A stretch of DNA of 64,000 nucleotides from Candidatus Sumerlaeales bacterium (GCA_038243585.1 JBBSQY010000001.1:120369-184368), one strand, 5' to 3'; shown: positions 41,932 through 52,102, counted from the stretch's first letter. Made by a program: numbers and translations. Notes: generated by a model not told the origin, from the sequence alone.

Positions 41932-42836
41932 CAAATCTAGTGAAACTGACTGGGGTTTTATTAACAGCAGTAGTTGTGGCCCCTGCAGCGGCATTGCCGG
42001 TTGATATTTCTTATACAGATGTTGACGGGTTTGGATTTAATGATCCAACCCTCGGAGCCCAGCGGCGCGCTACGTTTGAAGCCGCTGTCCACACATGGAC
42101 CGACCAACTCCAGGGAACAGTGCCCCTGGCCGTAGTTGCGCGTAGCGAAGCCATGGGGGGCGATGCAGGCTCAGCCACTCTCGCCTACGCAGGCCCAGTA
42201 AGCGTGGCGCGAGATTTCCCAAATGCGCAACCAGGGACTTGGTACGTTACGGCGCTGGGCAATCAATTAGCGGGCTATGACCTGGACACAGGCGCGGCGG
42301 ATATCGAAGTTGTTATTAACGCAGATGTGGACAATCCAACCGTACTTGGGACCATCGGCTTCTACTACGGTACGGATGGTAACTCCGGAGGAGACATTGA
42401 TTTCAGGACTACTGTCCTTCATGAACTTGGTCATGGCCTCGGGTTTATCAGCCTTATGGACACAAATGGAAATTTTTTCCACGGCCCTGGGGATCCAAAC
42501 CCACTTCCCGATGCTTATACCCGCCGGTTCGTGAAAAGCAAAAAACCTTATATTAGTTCGAAAAATAAGCCAATGGACCGCAAGCGCCCTAAGCAGCGAA
42601 AAAAAGACATCAAGAGCAATAATCTCCGCTGGACCGGCCCTCTTACTTATGCCATTCAAGGATTCGCAACGTCCCTCTACGCACCCAAAAAAGTAGAGCC
42701 AGGCTCAAGCATCTCGCATTGGGATACATCCTATTTCCCAGATCTTCTCATGGAGCCTTTTGCCACCGGACCCAAATTCAATATCGATCTCTCAAAGCAC
42801 GCACTTCAGGATATGGGCTGGCAATTTGTGGATTAA
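41928..42836 (+). CDS. Secreted zinc metalloprotease
   Basis: GFNDPTLGAQR, TVLHELGHGLGF, PGSSISHWD, LMEP, LQDMGW. Confidence 0.88.
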   Translation: MTNLVKLTGVLLTAVVVAPAAALPVDISYTDVDGFGFNDPTLGAQRRATFEAAVHTWTDQLQGTVPLAVVARSEAMGGDAGSATLAYAGPVSVARDFPNAQPGTWYVTALGNQLAGYDLDTGAADIEVVINADVDNPTVLGTIGFYYGTDGNSGGDIDFRTTVLHELGHGLGFISLMDTNGNFFHGPGDPNPLPDAYTRRFVKSKKPYISSKNKPMDRKRPKQRKKDIKSNNLRWTGPLTYAIQGFATSLYAPKKVEPGSSISHWDTSYFPDLLMEPFATGPKFNIDLSKHALQDMGWQFVD

Positions 42837-42893
42837 GATTCATCCCGTCTTTCGAAGTCGCGTTTCGTCTTAAGAATGCGCACGTTGCAAAGT

Positions 42894-42931
42894 TACGCAC
42901 ACGGGTTCCCGTGTGCGTATTTTGTTTATTT
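42894..42931 (+). terminator. Intrinsic terminator
   Basis: TACGCACACGGG-tt-CCCGTGTGCGTA then TTTTGTTTATTT. Confidence 0.75.
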
Positions 42932-44105
42932 AAGCGACTTTTGCGCGAGTTAAAAGCCCACGCTTCTCCACCTGGATCACAAAGACTGTGTAACCAACCA
43001 ACACAAGGCTCGTAAGGATTAAGACTCCAGCTTGCGTAAGAGAGTTGTGCCCGTTCCCCGCGTAGAGCCAAGACAAAATCATCGACAGGATGTACAATCC
43101 AAAGTTCAACCATAAGGTCCTGCCGTGACTCCAGCCCGCAACCATTAGCCGTTGGTATAGATGGGTACGGTGTGCCTTTGTCAGATCCTCATGTCTTCGG
43201 ATTCGCCGTATCAACGTGTAAACAACGTCATAGATAAACGGGCTAAACAAGATAAGCGACGCAATCCAGGGAAACCGACTTTCGGGCACGCCGTCGCCAG
43301 CCTGTAATGCAATAACCGCCAGAACAAACCCGTAAAATTGGCTGCCGCAATCGCCAAGAAATGTTTTTTTTCGGATATCTCGACCCGGCACATTATGAAA
43401 CAGCACACCGATCAGGCTGCCAAATATAACCGCCGCCATGCCCGCCATGTACATACCTGTCCAAGAAATGCCAAAGCCCCGGCTAAAACCATGATTTGCA
43501 AGCCATATGGCCAGCCCAGTAGCCGTGACCATTCCGAAAACCGACGCCTGTCCGTCCATTCCATCCATAAAGTTAAAAATGTTCATCATGAAAAAGGTGA
43601 TGAGGGCCGCGATAATAGAACCCGTAATCGGAGACAAATGAATGTCGTCCCAAAATGGAAGATCAAGGGTTTGCGGGGCAAAGCCAAAGGCCAACACGGA
43701 ACCGCTTGCAGCAATTTGAACCAGAAGTTTCCATCGAGGAGGCAGCTCTTGGAAGTCATCTAATGCTCCGCCAATCAAGGCCCACGCACCGCCAACCAGC
43801 AGGGCCAGACGCCACGGCTCAAGCGGTGAGTGAACGCCCCAGTGGGGCATAAGCAAACAAGTTATATAAAACGCCGCGGCCGCGCCCAGGCCTCCAAGGC
43901 GGGGCGTGGCGATGGAATGACTGCCACGGTCACTGGGGCGTGCCAGCACATCATAATGATGAGATAGCGTAATGCTGAGGCGAACTAGCATGGTAGAAAG
44001 CAGCGCCGGCAGCACTACAAGGCGCAAAAACCACACCGCCAGCATCAGCAACGCCACACTGAAATATTCTGGGTCCCTCAGCAGGCCTATATATGATTCC
44101 GACAT
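42930..44105 (-). CDS. MraY/WecA family (GT4) polyprenyl-phosphate HexNAc-1-P transferase
   Basis: RGSH..TPRLGG, GALDD, NIFNFMDGMDG, FLGDCGS, HRTHLYQRL. Confidence 0.92.
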   Translation of the reverse strand: MSESYIGLLRDPEYFSVALLMLAVWFLRLVVLPALLSTMLVRLSITLSHHYDVLARPSDRGSHSIATPRLGGLGAAAAFYITCLLMPHWGVHSPLEPWRLALLVGGAWALIGGALDDFQELPPRWKLLVQIAASGSVLAFGFAPQTLDLPFWDDIHLSPITGSIIAALITFFMMNIFNFMDGMDGQASVFGMVTATGLAIWLANHGFSRGFGISWTGMYMAGMAAVIFGSLIGVLFHNVPGRDIRKKTFLGDCGSQFYGFVLAVIALQAGDGVPESRFPWIASLILFSPFIYDVVYTLIRRIRRHEDLTKAHRTHLYQRLMVAGWSHGRTLWLNFGLYILSMILSWLYAGNGHNSLTQAGVLILTSLVLVGYTVFVIQVEKRGLLTRAKVA

Positions 44106-44225
44106 ACCGCCATTATCACAACATAGCTGGCTGCGTGTTCAGTCAGGAGTGCCGCGGAAAAGCATTTGTGAAATTTTGTTCGGCAATCTTGACTTGATGT
44201 TATAGTCAGCCGTATCCCATTAACA

Positions 44226-45215
44226 ATGACTACGGGATCGCCAAACCAGGCCGCCGCGCGCGTGCGCATTATGATTGTTGAAGATGAGCCTGACATTGCC
44301 ACGATTGTAGCGCAGATGCTGAGCGCCACCTACGAGGTAGTAAAGGCTGATAATGGGCTGGAGGCGCTGGAGCGTCTTAACTGGTATCAGCCGGACCTTA
44401 CGGTAATGGACCTGATGATGCCAGTGCTGGACGGGTTCGACACCACTCGCGCTATTAAGAAGGATAACGACTACTCCACCATGCCGGTCATGTTCCTCAC
44501 GGCTCGCAAGGATAACCAGGCTGTGCGCGAAGCATTAATGGCCGGCGGCGACGTCTATATGGAAAAGCCGTTTGATCCACCAGAGCTGCTGGTGCGTTTG
44601 CAAGAGATGATTACTCGCAATGGGATCGTTCCGAAACCAAAGCGCTACACTCTGGATCAAATAAAGGAGCATTTCGAAGGTGGCGGAGATAAAACTAGAG
44701 ATTCGCCTCCTCCCATCGCAAAATCGCCCCTGTCCCTCACTGCGCAACTCGCGCGGATCGCGGCCGAACCCCGCGCCCGTCTGCTGCTAATCCATGATTC
44801 TGAGCCGGCCCTTCGGGCGATCAAACAAGCTTTAAAAAACAAGCATGAAGTAATAATAGCACAGGACGCAGAAGCGGCATTAGATAAAATTGCCGCCTAC
44901 CAACCGGATATTCTGATTTTGCAGGCGACCACCGCCACGTTTAACGGGTTTCACCTGGCCCAGCTCCTGCGCGTAAACCGGCAGCTTCGGGTGCCGCGTT
45001 TAATTTTCCTTATGGATTCAGCAGCTAGCGAGACCCAGGAAGCAGAGGCTAACCGGCTCGATGGTATACTCTTGCAAGGAGAACCTCTGGATATATCTGT
45101 GCTTGCAAATCAGGTGGAAGTCATAACGAAGGATCCGGGTTTTCAGCGTCTTCGGAAACGCTTGGATTATAAAGAAATTCTCCGCAGAGAGGAGCCCGGA
45201 GATGATGATTTCTAA
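44226..45215 (+). CDS. Response regulator: receiver + degenerate receiver
   Basis: IVEDE, PDLTVMDLMMPVLDG, FLTA, KPF; second REC PDILILQA. Confidence 0.88.
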   Translation: MTTGSPNQAAARVRIMIVEDEPDIATIVAQMLSATYEVVKADNGLEALERLNWYQPDLTVMDLMMPVLDGFDTTRAIKKDNDYSTMPVMFLTARKDNQAVREALMAGGDVYMEKPFDPPELLVRLQEMITRNGIVPKPKRYTLDQIKEHFEGGGDKTRDSPPPIAKSPLSLTAQLARIAAEPRARLLLIHDSEPALRAIKQALKNKHEVIIAQDAEAALDKIAAYQPDILILQATTATFNGFHLAQLLRVNRQLRVPRLIFLMDSAASETQEAEANRLDGILLQGEPLDISVLANQVEVITKDPGFQRLRKRLDYKEILRREEPGDDDF

Positions 45216-45272
45216 AATTTCGATTGTTAAAAAAGAGAATTCGCTCGATAAAAATATGACGGTACGAACCTT

Positions 45273-46778
45273 ATGAATCCCGAAGCAATAACCGCCATAG
45301 CAGGTGCGACTATGTCTCAAACGATTCTTTGGGATATTTCGGAGTTTGCACTTATCATGTTTCTGGTTTCTCTGAATGGTTTTTTTGTAGCGGCTGAGTT
45401 TGCCATAGTAAAAGTCCGCAGTACTACGATACGCAGCATGGCGGAGAGCGGAAACCGTCGTGCACAAATGACGCAGAACATTTTGACGCATTTGGACGCA
45501 TACCTTAGCGCCACGCAGCTCGGCATAACCATAGCCTCTATTATGCTGGGTGCCATCGGCGAAGAATTTATGCGGGAACGGGTGGTCGAACCGCTTCTGG
45601 GCGGACTGCCGGGAATGACTGAGGGCGCGAAATCGACCATAGGCTTCTTTCTAGGCACGGGAATAATCGTATTTCTTCACGTGGTGCTTGGAGAACTTGC
45701 ACCAAAAAGCCTGGCTATTCAGAGACCGAACGCAGTAAGCATGTGGGTCGCCTATCCCCTTCGCTGGTTCTACGTGCTGCTTTATCCGGCAATTGTTGTA
45801 CTTAACGGTGCGGCGAATCTGATGCTGCGCATGGTAGGTATTCAACCGGCTATGGGCCACGAACTGGCCCACTCTGAAGAAGAACTGCGCATGATCGTTT
45901 CCGAAAGCCAACGCATAGGCAACATTACTAGGGACAAACTTGATTTGCTGGAAAACGTCTTCGGATTTTCCGACGTCACCGTCCGCCAGATCATGGTACC
46001 ACGGGTAGAAGTTGCGGTCTTTGATCTTCAGAAAAGCCTGGGCGAAAACCTGGCGGTGGCTGAGAGAACCGCACACAGCCGATATCCTTTAGTAGAAGGA
46101 GGGCTCGATCATGTAGTTGGCATCATTCACATGAAAGACCTCTTCTGGCAACTAAAAGAACTGGAAATGTCGCCGCAGGAAGCCGCCGCAGCAGTGGAAC
46201 GAAGACACCCCATGATTGCCGGTGGCGATATGAACAAGAAGCCGCCAGCCACAGGGGCACAATTTCTGACGTCGATCGCGCGGCAAGTTCTGTATGTGCC
46301 GGAAACTGCCAAGGTTAACACCCTGCTGACAGAATTCCAGCTCAAACGCATCCACATGGCCATGGTCGTAGACGAGTATGGCAGCACCATCGGTATTGTG
46401 ACTTTTGAGAATGTTATCGAGGAAATAGTAGGCGAAGTTCAAGACGAGTTCGATCAGGAAATACCGCGAATCGAACAACTATCCGAAACAGAGTACATGG
46501 TTGAAGGCATCACTCCCCTTGATGAAGTGAATGATAAGCTGGAACTCGAACTCGACAGCGAAAACGCCGATACTATAGGCGGATACGTACTCAGCGAGCT
46601 GGGTCGTTTCCCAAAACCTGGCGATCAGTTAATCGCAGATAAAGTAGAGCTGACAGTACGCGAACTCCGCCGTCAGCGCATCCACAGGGTTTTAATTAGA
46701 ATCCTGACAGAAGAAGAACTCGAAGGTCATAAACCCGCATTAGAATCAACCAGAGACGAAAACGACACAATGTATTAA
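45273..46778 (+). CDS. CNNM/CBS/CorC (hemolysin-family) Mg transporter-like protein
   Basis: NGFFVAAEFA, LSATQLGIT, GELAPK, IMVPR, HSRYP, VVDEYG, EEIVGEVQDEFD. Confidence 0.94.
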   Translation: MNPEAITAIAGATMSQTILWDISEFALIMFLVSLNGFFVAAEFAIVKVRSTTIRSMAESGNRRAQMTQNILTHLDAYLSATQLGITIASIMLGAIGEEFMRERVVEPLLGGLPGMTEGAKSTIGFFLGTGIIVFLHVVLGELAPKSLAIQRPNAVSMWVAYPLRWFYVLLYPAIVVLNGAANLMLRMVGIQPAMGHELAHSEEELRMIVSESQRIGNITRDKLDLLENVFGFSDVTVRQIMVPRVEVAVFDLQKSLGENLAVAERTAHSRYPLVEGGLDHVVGIIHMKDLFWQLKELEMSPQEAAAAVERRHPMIAGGDMNKKPPATGAQFLTSIARQVLYVPETAKVNTLLTEFQLKRIHMAMVVDEYGSTIGIVTFENVIEEIVGEVQDEFDQEIPRIEQLSETEYMVEGITPLDEVNDKLELELDSENADTIGGYVLSELGRFPKPGDQLIADKVELTVRELRRQRIHRVLIRILTEEELEGHKPALESTRDENDTMY

Positions 46779-46820
46779 CCTTGTCGTTCCTCCGGCCGGG
46801 CGGTGTGCTCAAAGATGCTG

Positions 46821-48101
46821 TTAGCGCCCTACGATCGACGTTGTGACTGACGATGTAGCGGTAGTCTCAAGAGATGACGCATTTTCGGGTAGGGATGGCT
46901 CGCCGAGTTGGTCGCCTAAGAGTGTAGCCGTAGTATCAGCGTGATCAACATTCATCGTCGCAGCCGTTGTAGCTTCCGTGGCAGCGACAGTTCCTGAAGT
47001 CACTTTCACCGCTGCGGGTGGTTCACTCTCCATCTCGCTACCGGCTATCGGCTCCGTGTTTGAAGTGGGCACATCTTCTGTTGCCGGCAGAGGAGGCGGC
47101 GTGATCCTAATAGATTCCGGATCAGGAAACAGCGCTTCCGCAGCCTGCTTGCTTATGATAAAGATGTCAGCCTTGTCAGCACTCTTGGCATACCAGCCAC
47201 CAATCGCCCCAGCGCCAGACGCTACCGCTGCGGGTGGAGGATCCAGTTCGTTGCCTACAAACAGAGTTGCCGAAGTCGGGGTACTGGGAGAAGTGGATTT
47301 GTCCTCATAGTATAGAGAGATAGTCTGGCGAGGCGGTTCCAGGCCCAGACCTGCGAGACCCGGCGTCGCCGTGGTTTCAACAAACCGGTCAGCCTGAAGA
47401 CTAGCCAGCATATTTGCCAGACTGTTGATGCGCGCCGCATCAGCCTCACCAGGTGCCGGCTCGGCGAACAGCCATTTCTCGTCATTGGATTTTGTCACCA
47501 CAAAGGTTGCAGAAATTCCGGTTTCCTCGATGCGAGTAGCGTTGCTGCCAGAAAAGTTAAAGATCCTGCGATCCCGCCAGCCGTCTTCGCGATTAAAAGT
47601 TTTTGCCAGGCTGGCTTGGGCGTTTAGTACTTCTTTCGAGTCCGCCTTACGTACATATGTGGAAAAGACGGATTGGCCGTCTCTACCAATCAGCAGGTCA
47701 AGAACTGGGTTGGTGCTTCCGTTCTGATAAACCTGCACCTTTGTCGAACTGGTTTCGGTAACTTGGTACTCGGCAAAGCTGTTCGGGTTTGAGCTGACCA
47801 CTGTCGCCGTAATAGGTTTTTCGAGCGCCCCCATAATTGCGATAATTGCCCCGGCATCCGCCTCATGCTGACGCTCCACGTTAGTGTACCATTTATCGCC
47901 CGACTTTGTCAGGGTCACAGCGTCCTGATCCGGAGCATTAATCAGGATACGCTCGACCGTGCCGCTTGTGATGGCCGGAAGCGTCTGGACCGGAATGGCA
48001 GCGGAAACAAGCGATTGTTCCTCTTTTTGATTCTGATAATAAATTGCCCCCCCAACCGCCAAAGCGGCCGCAAGCAGCAGGATTGTTCCTTTTGTGTTCA
48101 T
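46821..48101 (-). CDS. DUF4340 domain protein
   Basis: N-terminal TM, WRDRRIF, YVR, GLEPP; usual position after gldG-like gene. Confidence 0.85.
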   Translation of the reverse strand: MNTKGTILLLAAALAVGGAIYYQNQKEEQSLVSAAIPVQTLPAITSGTVERILINAPDQDAVTLTKSGDKWYTNVERQHEADAGAIIAIMGALEKPITATVVSSNPNSFAEYQVTETSSTKVQVYQNGSTNPVLDLLIGRDGQSVFSTYVRKADSKEVLNAQASLAKTFNREDGWRDRRIFNFSGSNATRIEETGISATFVVTKSNDEKWLFAEPAPGEADAARINSLANMLASLQADRFVETTATPGLAGLGLEPPRQTISLYYEDKSTSPSTPTSATLFVGNELDPPPAAVASGAGAIGGWYAKSADKADIFIISKQAAEALFPDPESIRITPPPLPATEDVPTSNTEPIAGSEMESEPPAAVKVTSGTVAATEATTAATMNVDHADTTATLLGDQLGEPSLPENASSLETTATSSVTTSIVGR

Positions 48102-48154
48102 AAGGTTCGTTTCCCGTTAGTTAAAAGTTTAGCGCAAATAGCAGAATTGTTCTG

Positions 48155-49825
48155 CTATGCTGCATTGCCATAGATACGGCGATAGCGAGCCCGACGGCGC
48201 CGATTGTTCATCAATAATCCGAAACCAAAGGCGACAAGCAGCAGCGGTATACCGATAATAATCAATGCCTGTGTCCAGCGCGCCTCCGCCGGAGTAATCT
48301 GTCGCAATTGAGCAGTTCCCATATCGCGTGCGCGAAGCGCCAGCAAATCACCACCACGAGTAAACGCCTCAGCCACGTTCAGCGGAAGCAAAGCGTTCGC
48401 CGGCATCGCCTGAATCGCCTGGTCCACCAGCAACAGCGCCGATCCAACCACAACGACTTCTGCGCTCTCTTTGCTTTTTTTCATGATATCGTCAGCAGCC
48501 ACCGTTTTTGTAGTTCCGTCCTCATTTGTCAGTACGGGCGCCGGCGTCTCCGCATAGCGGCTCGTCAGTGAACCCTTGACCAGCATCGCAAGATCCTGCG
48601 CCTTGGTCTTCTCCTCAGGTGCCGGTGGCTTAAGCTCAGTAGGGTCCAAAGTAAACGGGCCAGCCTGCAGTCGCGAATTCTCCGACGAAGTCAGCAGCGC
48701 TGTAACCGGGGCACTAGTGCCGCGATCGCTCCGGCTTACGCTTGAAGTATACGCGAACATCACCTCAGGAATGTCTTTAGTCAGAGCGCTTTCCTTGGCA
48801 CCCTTAGCCGTAATAAAAACCAGTGGGTCCTTATATCGAATTATGGTGCCAGCACGCGTCATGGCACCCTGTGAACGCCCACCCGTCCAGTCTTCAACCA
48901 GGTCCGCGTTGATCCGCAGGCCATAATACTCGAGAATCGAGTTGATGTTTGGCGGATTAGGAATAACACTATTCATCCCGCCCCGGCTGTTAAGCTGCAC
49001 GCCCGGCGCAGCCACAAAAAGTTTCCCGCCATTCATAACATACTGGTCAATATGAAACAGCGATTCCTCGCTCAGGTCCTGCGGGTCAATAATCATAAGC
49101 ATCTGTAAACTGGCGAGGTCTCCCAGCGCCGTCGCCTGCAATTCAGAAACGCTGAAACCCTCCGCCTCCAGTTGCGACTTAAGACCTGCAAACTGGCTGG
49201 GCTGCCCCATAAGCGGATTGCCCCCCGGCGCTACCAGACCGATAGCCGGGATATTAACAACGGCCGCCTTATTAATCACACGGCTTAACTGGTACTCCAG
49301 CGACTGACTTGTATCCAGGAAGGAAATCGTTTCACCCTTGCCGCGATACTCTGCCGTCATTCCGAAATAACCCTTGTTAAGCTTATACTCGGACGCCGAC
49401 GACTGCTGCATCAGCGATGCTTCCATACCCGCCTCCTGCGCCGCCTTTTCTGACGGGGAGTCCGACCCAGGGCTCACGTCGCGAAAAGTAAACTGGACCC
49501 GGCCATTCGAAACGTTACGATACTCCGTCAACAATTCGCGAAGTTCGTCGCGGCGTTGAGTCCACTCCGGAGGAATATTATCTTCCGTAGCATAAACCGT
49601 AACAGTCACACGGTCTTCCAGCTTCTTAAGCAGAGAACGGCTGCTGTCACTGAGGCTATACATACTGTTGCGTGTCAAATCAAGCCGCATATTGCTCTTC
49701 CCCGCCAGCCAGTAGACTCCCACCAGCACCACGACGATTAGAACGCTTCCGACAACAACATTAAACCCTGATTTATAAACCCGGGACTTACGTTCGCTCT
49801 GATCATAATCTTTTGGTTGCGACAT
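48155..49825 (-). CDS. GldG-family ABC accessory protein
   Basis: RLDLT....YSLS, LEYQL, IDQYVMNGGKL, C-terminal TM + RRRR. Confidence 0.9.
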   Translation of the reverse strand: MSQPKDYDQSERKSRVYKSGFNVVVGSVLIVVVLVGVYWLAGKSNMRLDLTRNSMYSLSDSSRSLLKKLEDRVTVTVYATEDNIPPEWTQRRDELRELLTEYRNVSNGRVQFTFRDVSPGSDSPSEKAAQEAGMEASLMQQSSASEYKLNKGYFGMTAEYRGKGETISFLDTSQSLEYQLSRVINKAAVVNIPAIGLVAPGGNPLMGQPSQFAGLKSQLEAEGFSVSELQATALGDLASLQMLMIIDPQDLSEESLFHIDQYVMNGGKLFVAAPGVQLNSRGGMNSVIPNPPNINSILEYYGLRINADLVEDWTGGRSQGAMTRAGTIIRYKDPLVFITAKGAKESALTKDIPEVMFAYTSSVSRSDRGTSAPVTALLTSSENSRLQAGPFTLDPTELKPPAPEEKTKAQDLAMLVKGSLTSRYAETPAPVLTNEDGTTKTVAADDIMKKSKESAEVVVVGSALLLVDQAIQAMPANALLPLNVAEAFTRGGDLLALRARDMGTAQLRQITPAEARWTQALIIIGIPLLLVAFGFGLLMNNRRRRARYRRIYGNAA

Positions 49826-49834
49826 TGATAACCC

Positions 49835-50575
49835 CTATTTCCACTTCCGACTCTCGATAGTCCGCACGTTGAGAAAAAGAAAAAAGATAATTACAGCCAC
49901 ATAATACACGACATCCTTCAGGTCAAGCACACCCCGGTACATACTCGCAAAGTGGGTCATCAGGCCGAATTGCGCAACGACGTTATAAACTCCCGTCGGC
50001 AAAAGGTTCGCCAGCGTAGGATGGCTGATCAGGATAAGACAGAACGTCACAACACACGTAACGATGAGCGCCACAATCTGATTAACCGTAATGCTGCTCG
50101 CCCAGCAGCCAATCGCTAAAATAGCCGAGCCCATAAGAAGCGCGCCAATATACCCACAAATGATTGGCCCATAATCAACCGGCGTGGCGGGGTCCGCAAA
50201 ATGATGAACCACATAGACCAGCGTCAGTGTCAATACCAGCGCGCACAGCAAAAGAAACACCGTACTAAAAAACTTTCCCAGCACTGCCTCCCAATCCCTT
50301 ACGGGCATCGTCATCAGCAGTTCCTCAGTGCCGCTACGTTTCTCCTCGCTCCAGATGCGCATCGCAATCGCAGGACAAAGAAACAAAAACAACCAGGGAA
50401 TGAACTCAAAAAAGCCATGCAGCGCCGCGAAGCGCGCCTTAAAAAACCCCTGTCCGGCAAAATTAAAAAACAGCGCCGGACCAACAATTAGAAAAACAAT
50501 AAGGAAAATATAAGCCTGAGGCGAGTTGAAATACGTGCCTAGCTCTTTCCTGAAAATCCGATAAATGTTCAGCAT
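49835..50575 (-). CDS. GldF-family ABC permease
   Basis: KEL.TYFNSP.AY, PAIAMRIWSEEKRSGTEELL.T.P, LGKF, RGVLDLKDVVYY. Confidence 0.92.
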   Translation of the reverse strand: MLNIYRIFRKELGTYFNSPQAYIFLIVFLIVGPALFFNFAGQGFFKARFAALHGFFEFIPWLFLFLCPAIAMRIWSEEKRSGTEELLMTMPVRDWEAVLGKFFSTVFLLLCALVLTLTLVYVVHHFADPATPVDYGPIICGYIGALLMGSAILAIGCWASSITVNQIVALIVTCVVTFCLILISHPTLANLLPTGVYNVVAQFGLMTHFASMYRGVLDLKDVVYYVAVIIFFLFLNVRTIESRKWK

Positions 50576-50703
50576 GACAAGCTACTAGCGCTCCCGGTGA
50601 ATTGTTTGTATCGCAGGCGGCGACCTTTTAAAAGGTCGGCTGACACAGCCGCGATCATCATAGCAGGTTGCGTGCTAAAGACGGCAAAAAAAACCATCTG
50701 GAT

Positions 50704-50745
50704 AAAAAACTGCGCCAGCCGACACGTGGAGGTGAAGGCTGGCGC
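50704..50745 (-). terminator. Probable terminator after small lipoprotein
   Basis: GCGCCAGCC...GGCTGGCGC stem followed on minus strand by AGTTTTTT. Confidence 0.55.
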
Positions 50746-50780
50746 TTTAAAACCGGAAGCAAGCTTCCGGAATTAAACTT

Positions 50781-50945
50781 TTACAGGGTCTCGGTGGTTA
50801 CCGTAGAATCTACTTCTACTTCAACAGCTTCGCCATTTGGCGCAACGGTTTCAGTCGTTGATTCTACCGTCTCGCTCTCCTGCTTGTCGCAGGCGCTAAA
50901 AAATAGCGAACCAAAAACGGCCAACAATAGGGCTACTTTTTTCAT
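50781..50945 (-). CDS. Small acidic lipoprotein (54 aa; below ORF-track cutoff)
   Basis: AGGAGG RBS; MKKVALLLAVFGSLFFSAC-DKQESETVESTTETVAPNGEAVEVEVDSTVTTETL. Confidence 0.85.
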   Translation of the reverse strand: MKKVALLLAVFGSLFFSACDKQESETVESTTETVAPNGEAVEVEVDSTVTTETL

Positions 50946-51030
50946 TTGTCTCAACCTCCTCTCGTCTCGTGTATTTAATTTCGTAATGTGCTGGCGCTAC
51001 CGGTCGATAAATGAAAATGCCAGTCTTTTC

Positions 51031-51963
51031 TTAATGCCTCGTCAATTCAGCAAAGACATCCTCAAGAGATGCGACATCTTGACGCAGTTCTGTCATCGTC
51101 CAACCATTATCAACACAGCAGCGAAAAATTTTCTCCGGCAAATTTTGGCCGGATTCCGAATCCAGATGCAGCCGCGTAGAACCATCCTTTAGAGACTCCA
51201 GCTGACGCACCATATCTACTCCGGGGATAGCCGCAAGTTTATGCTCTACGTCCGGCTGAGGCCCCCGAATCACCGTTGTGATACCCGCTACACCCGAGCC
51301 ACGCCGAATAAGCTCATCCGGAGTGCCAGAGGCAACAACAAGCCCGTCACTTATAATAATAGCGCGATCACACGTAGCCGCAACCTCAGGCAAAATATGC
51401 GTCGACAAAATAACAGTCTTTTCTCGTCCAATTTCCCGGATCAGATCACGAATCTCAACAATCTGGTTAGGGTCCAGTCCACTTGTCGGTTCATCCAGCA
51501 CAAGAATATCCGGTTCGTGAATCAACGCCTGCGCCAGCCCCACACGCTGCCGATAACCCTTGGACAGCTCGCCAATATTCTTAGCTACAGCGCTCCCCAG
51601 CCCAGTACGATCAATCACAAGCTTGATGCGCGACGCCAGCCGATTCCCCTTAAGTCCATGCATCCCGCCAGCAAACTGCAAAAAATCCACCACCGCCATC
51701 TCGGAATACAAAGGAGCATTCTCCGGCAGATACCCGATATGCCTGCGCACCTCCAGGCTCTTCTCGTAAGTATCAAACCCCGCCACCATAGCCTGCCCCG
51801 AATCCGCCGGCATATAACACGTCAAAATCTTCATCGTAGTAGACTTCCCCGCGCCGTTAGGCCCCAGGAAACCAACAATTTCACCCTTATTAATAGTAAA
51901 AGAAACACCCTTAAGCGCACGGGTCGTTCCATAACTTTTCGTAAGATTATCCACAGTAATCAT
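51031..51963 (-). CDS. GldA-family ABC ATPase
   Basis: GPNGAGKST, GYLPENAPLY, LSKGYRQRVGLAQAL, LDEPTSGLDPNQ, STHIL. Confidence 0.94.
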   Translation of the reverse strand: MITVDNLTKSYGTTRALKGVSFTINKGEIVGFLGPNGAGKSTTMKILTCYMPADSGQAMVAGFDTYEKSLEVRRHIGYLPENAPLYSEMAVVDFLQFAGGMHGLKGNRLASRIKLVIDRTGLGSAVAKNIGELSKGYRQRVGLAQALIHEPDILVLDEPTSGLDPNQIVEIRDLIREIGREKTVILSTHILPEVAATCDRAIIISDGLVVASGTPDELIRRGSGVAGITTVIRGPQPDVEHKLAAIPGVDMVRQLESLKDGSTRLHLDSESGQNLPEKIFRCCVDNGWTMTELRQDVASLEDVFAELTRH

Positions 51964-52102
51964 GGCCTTGAAACGTCGCCTCTAACAATGATATCAGCTA
52001 AAACCACCAGAACCAACCCTCATTCGCCCCATTCCACCGATAGCTACTCATTTCCCCCCTTCCGGAATTGCTACCCGGCCCTCAGCCTCGTACGCCCGAA
52101 CA

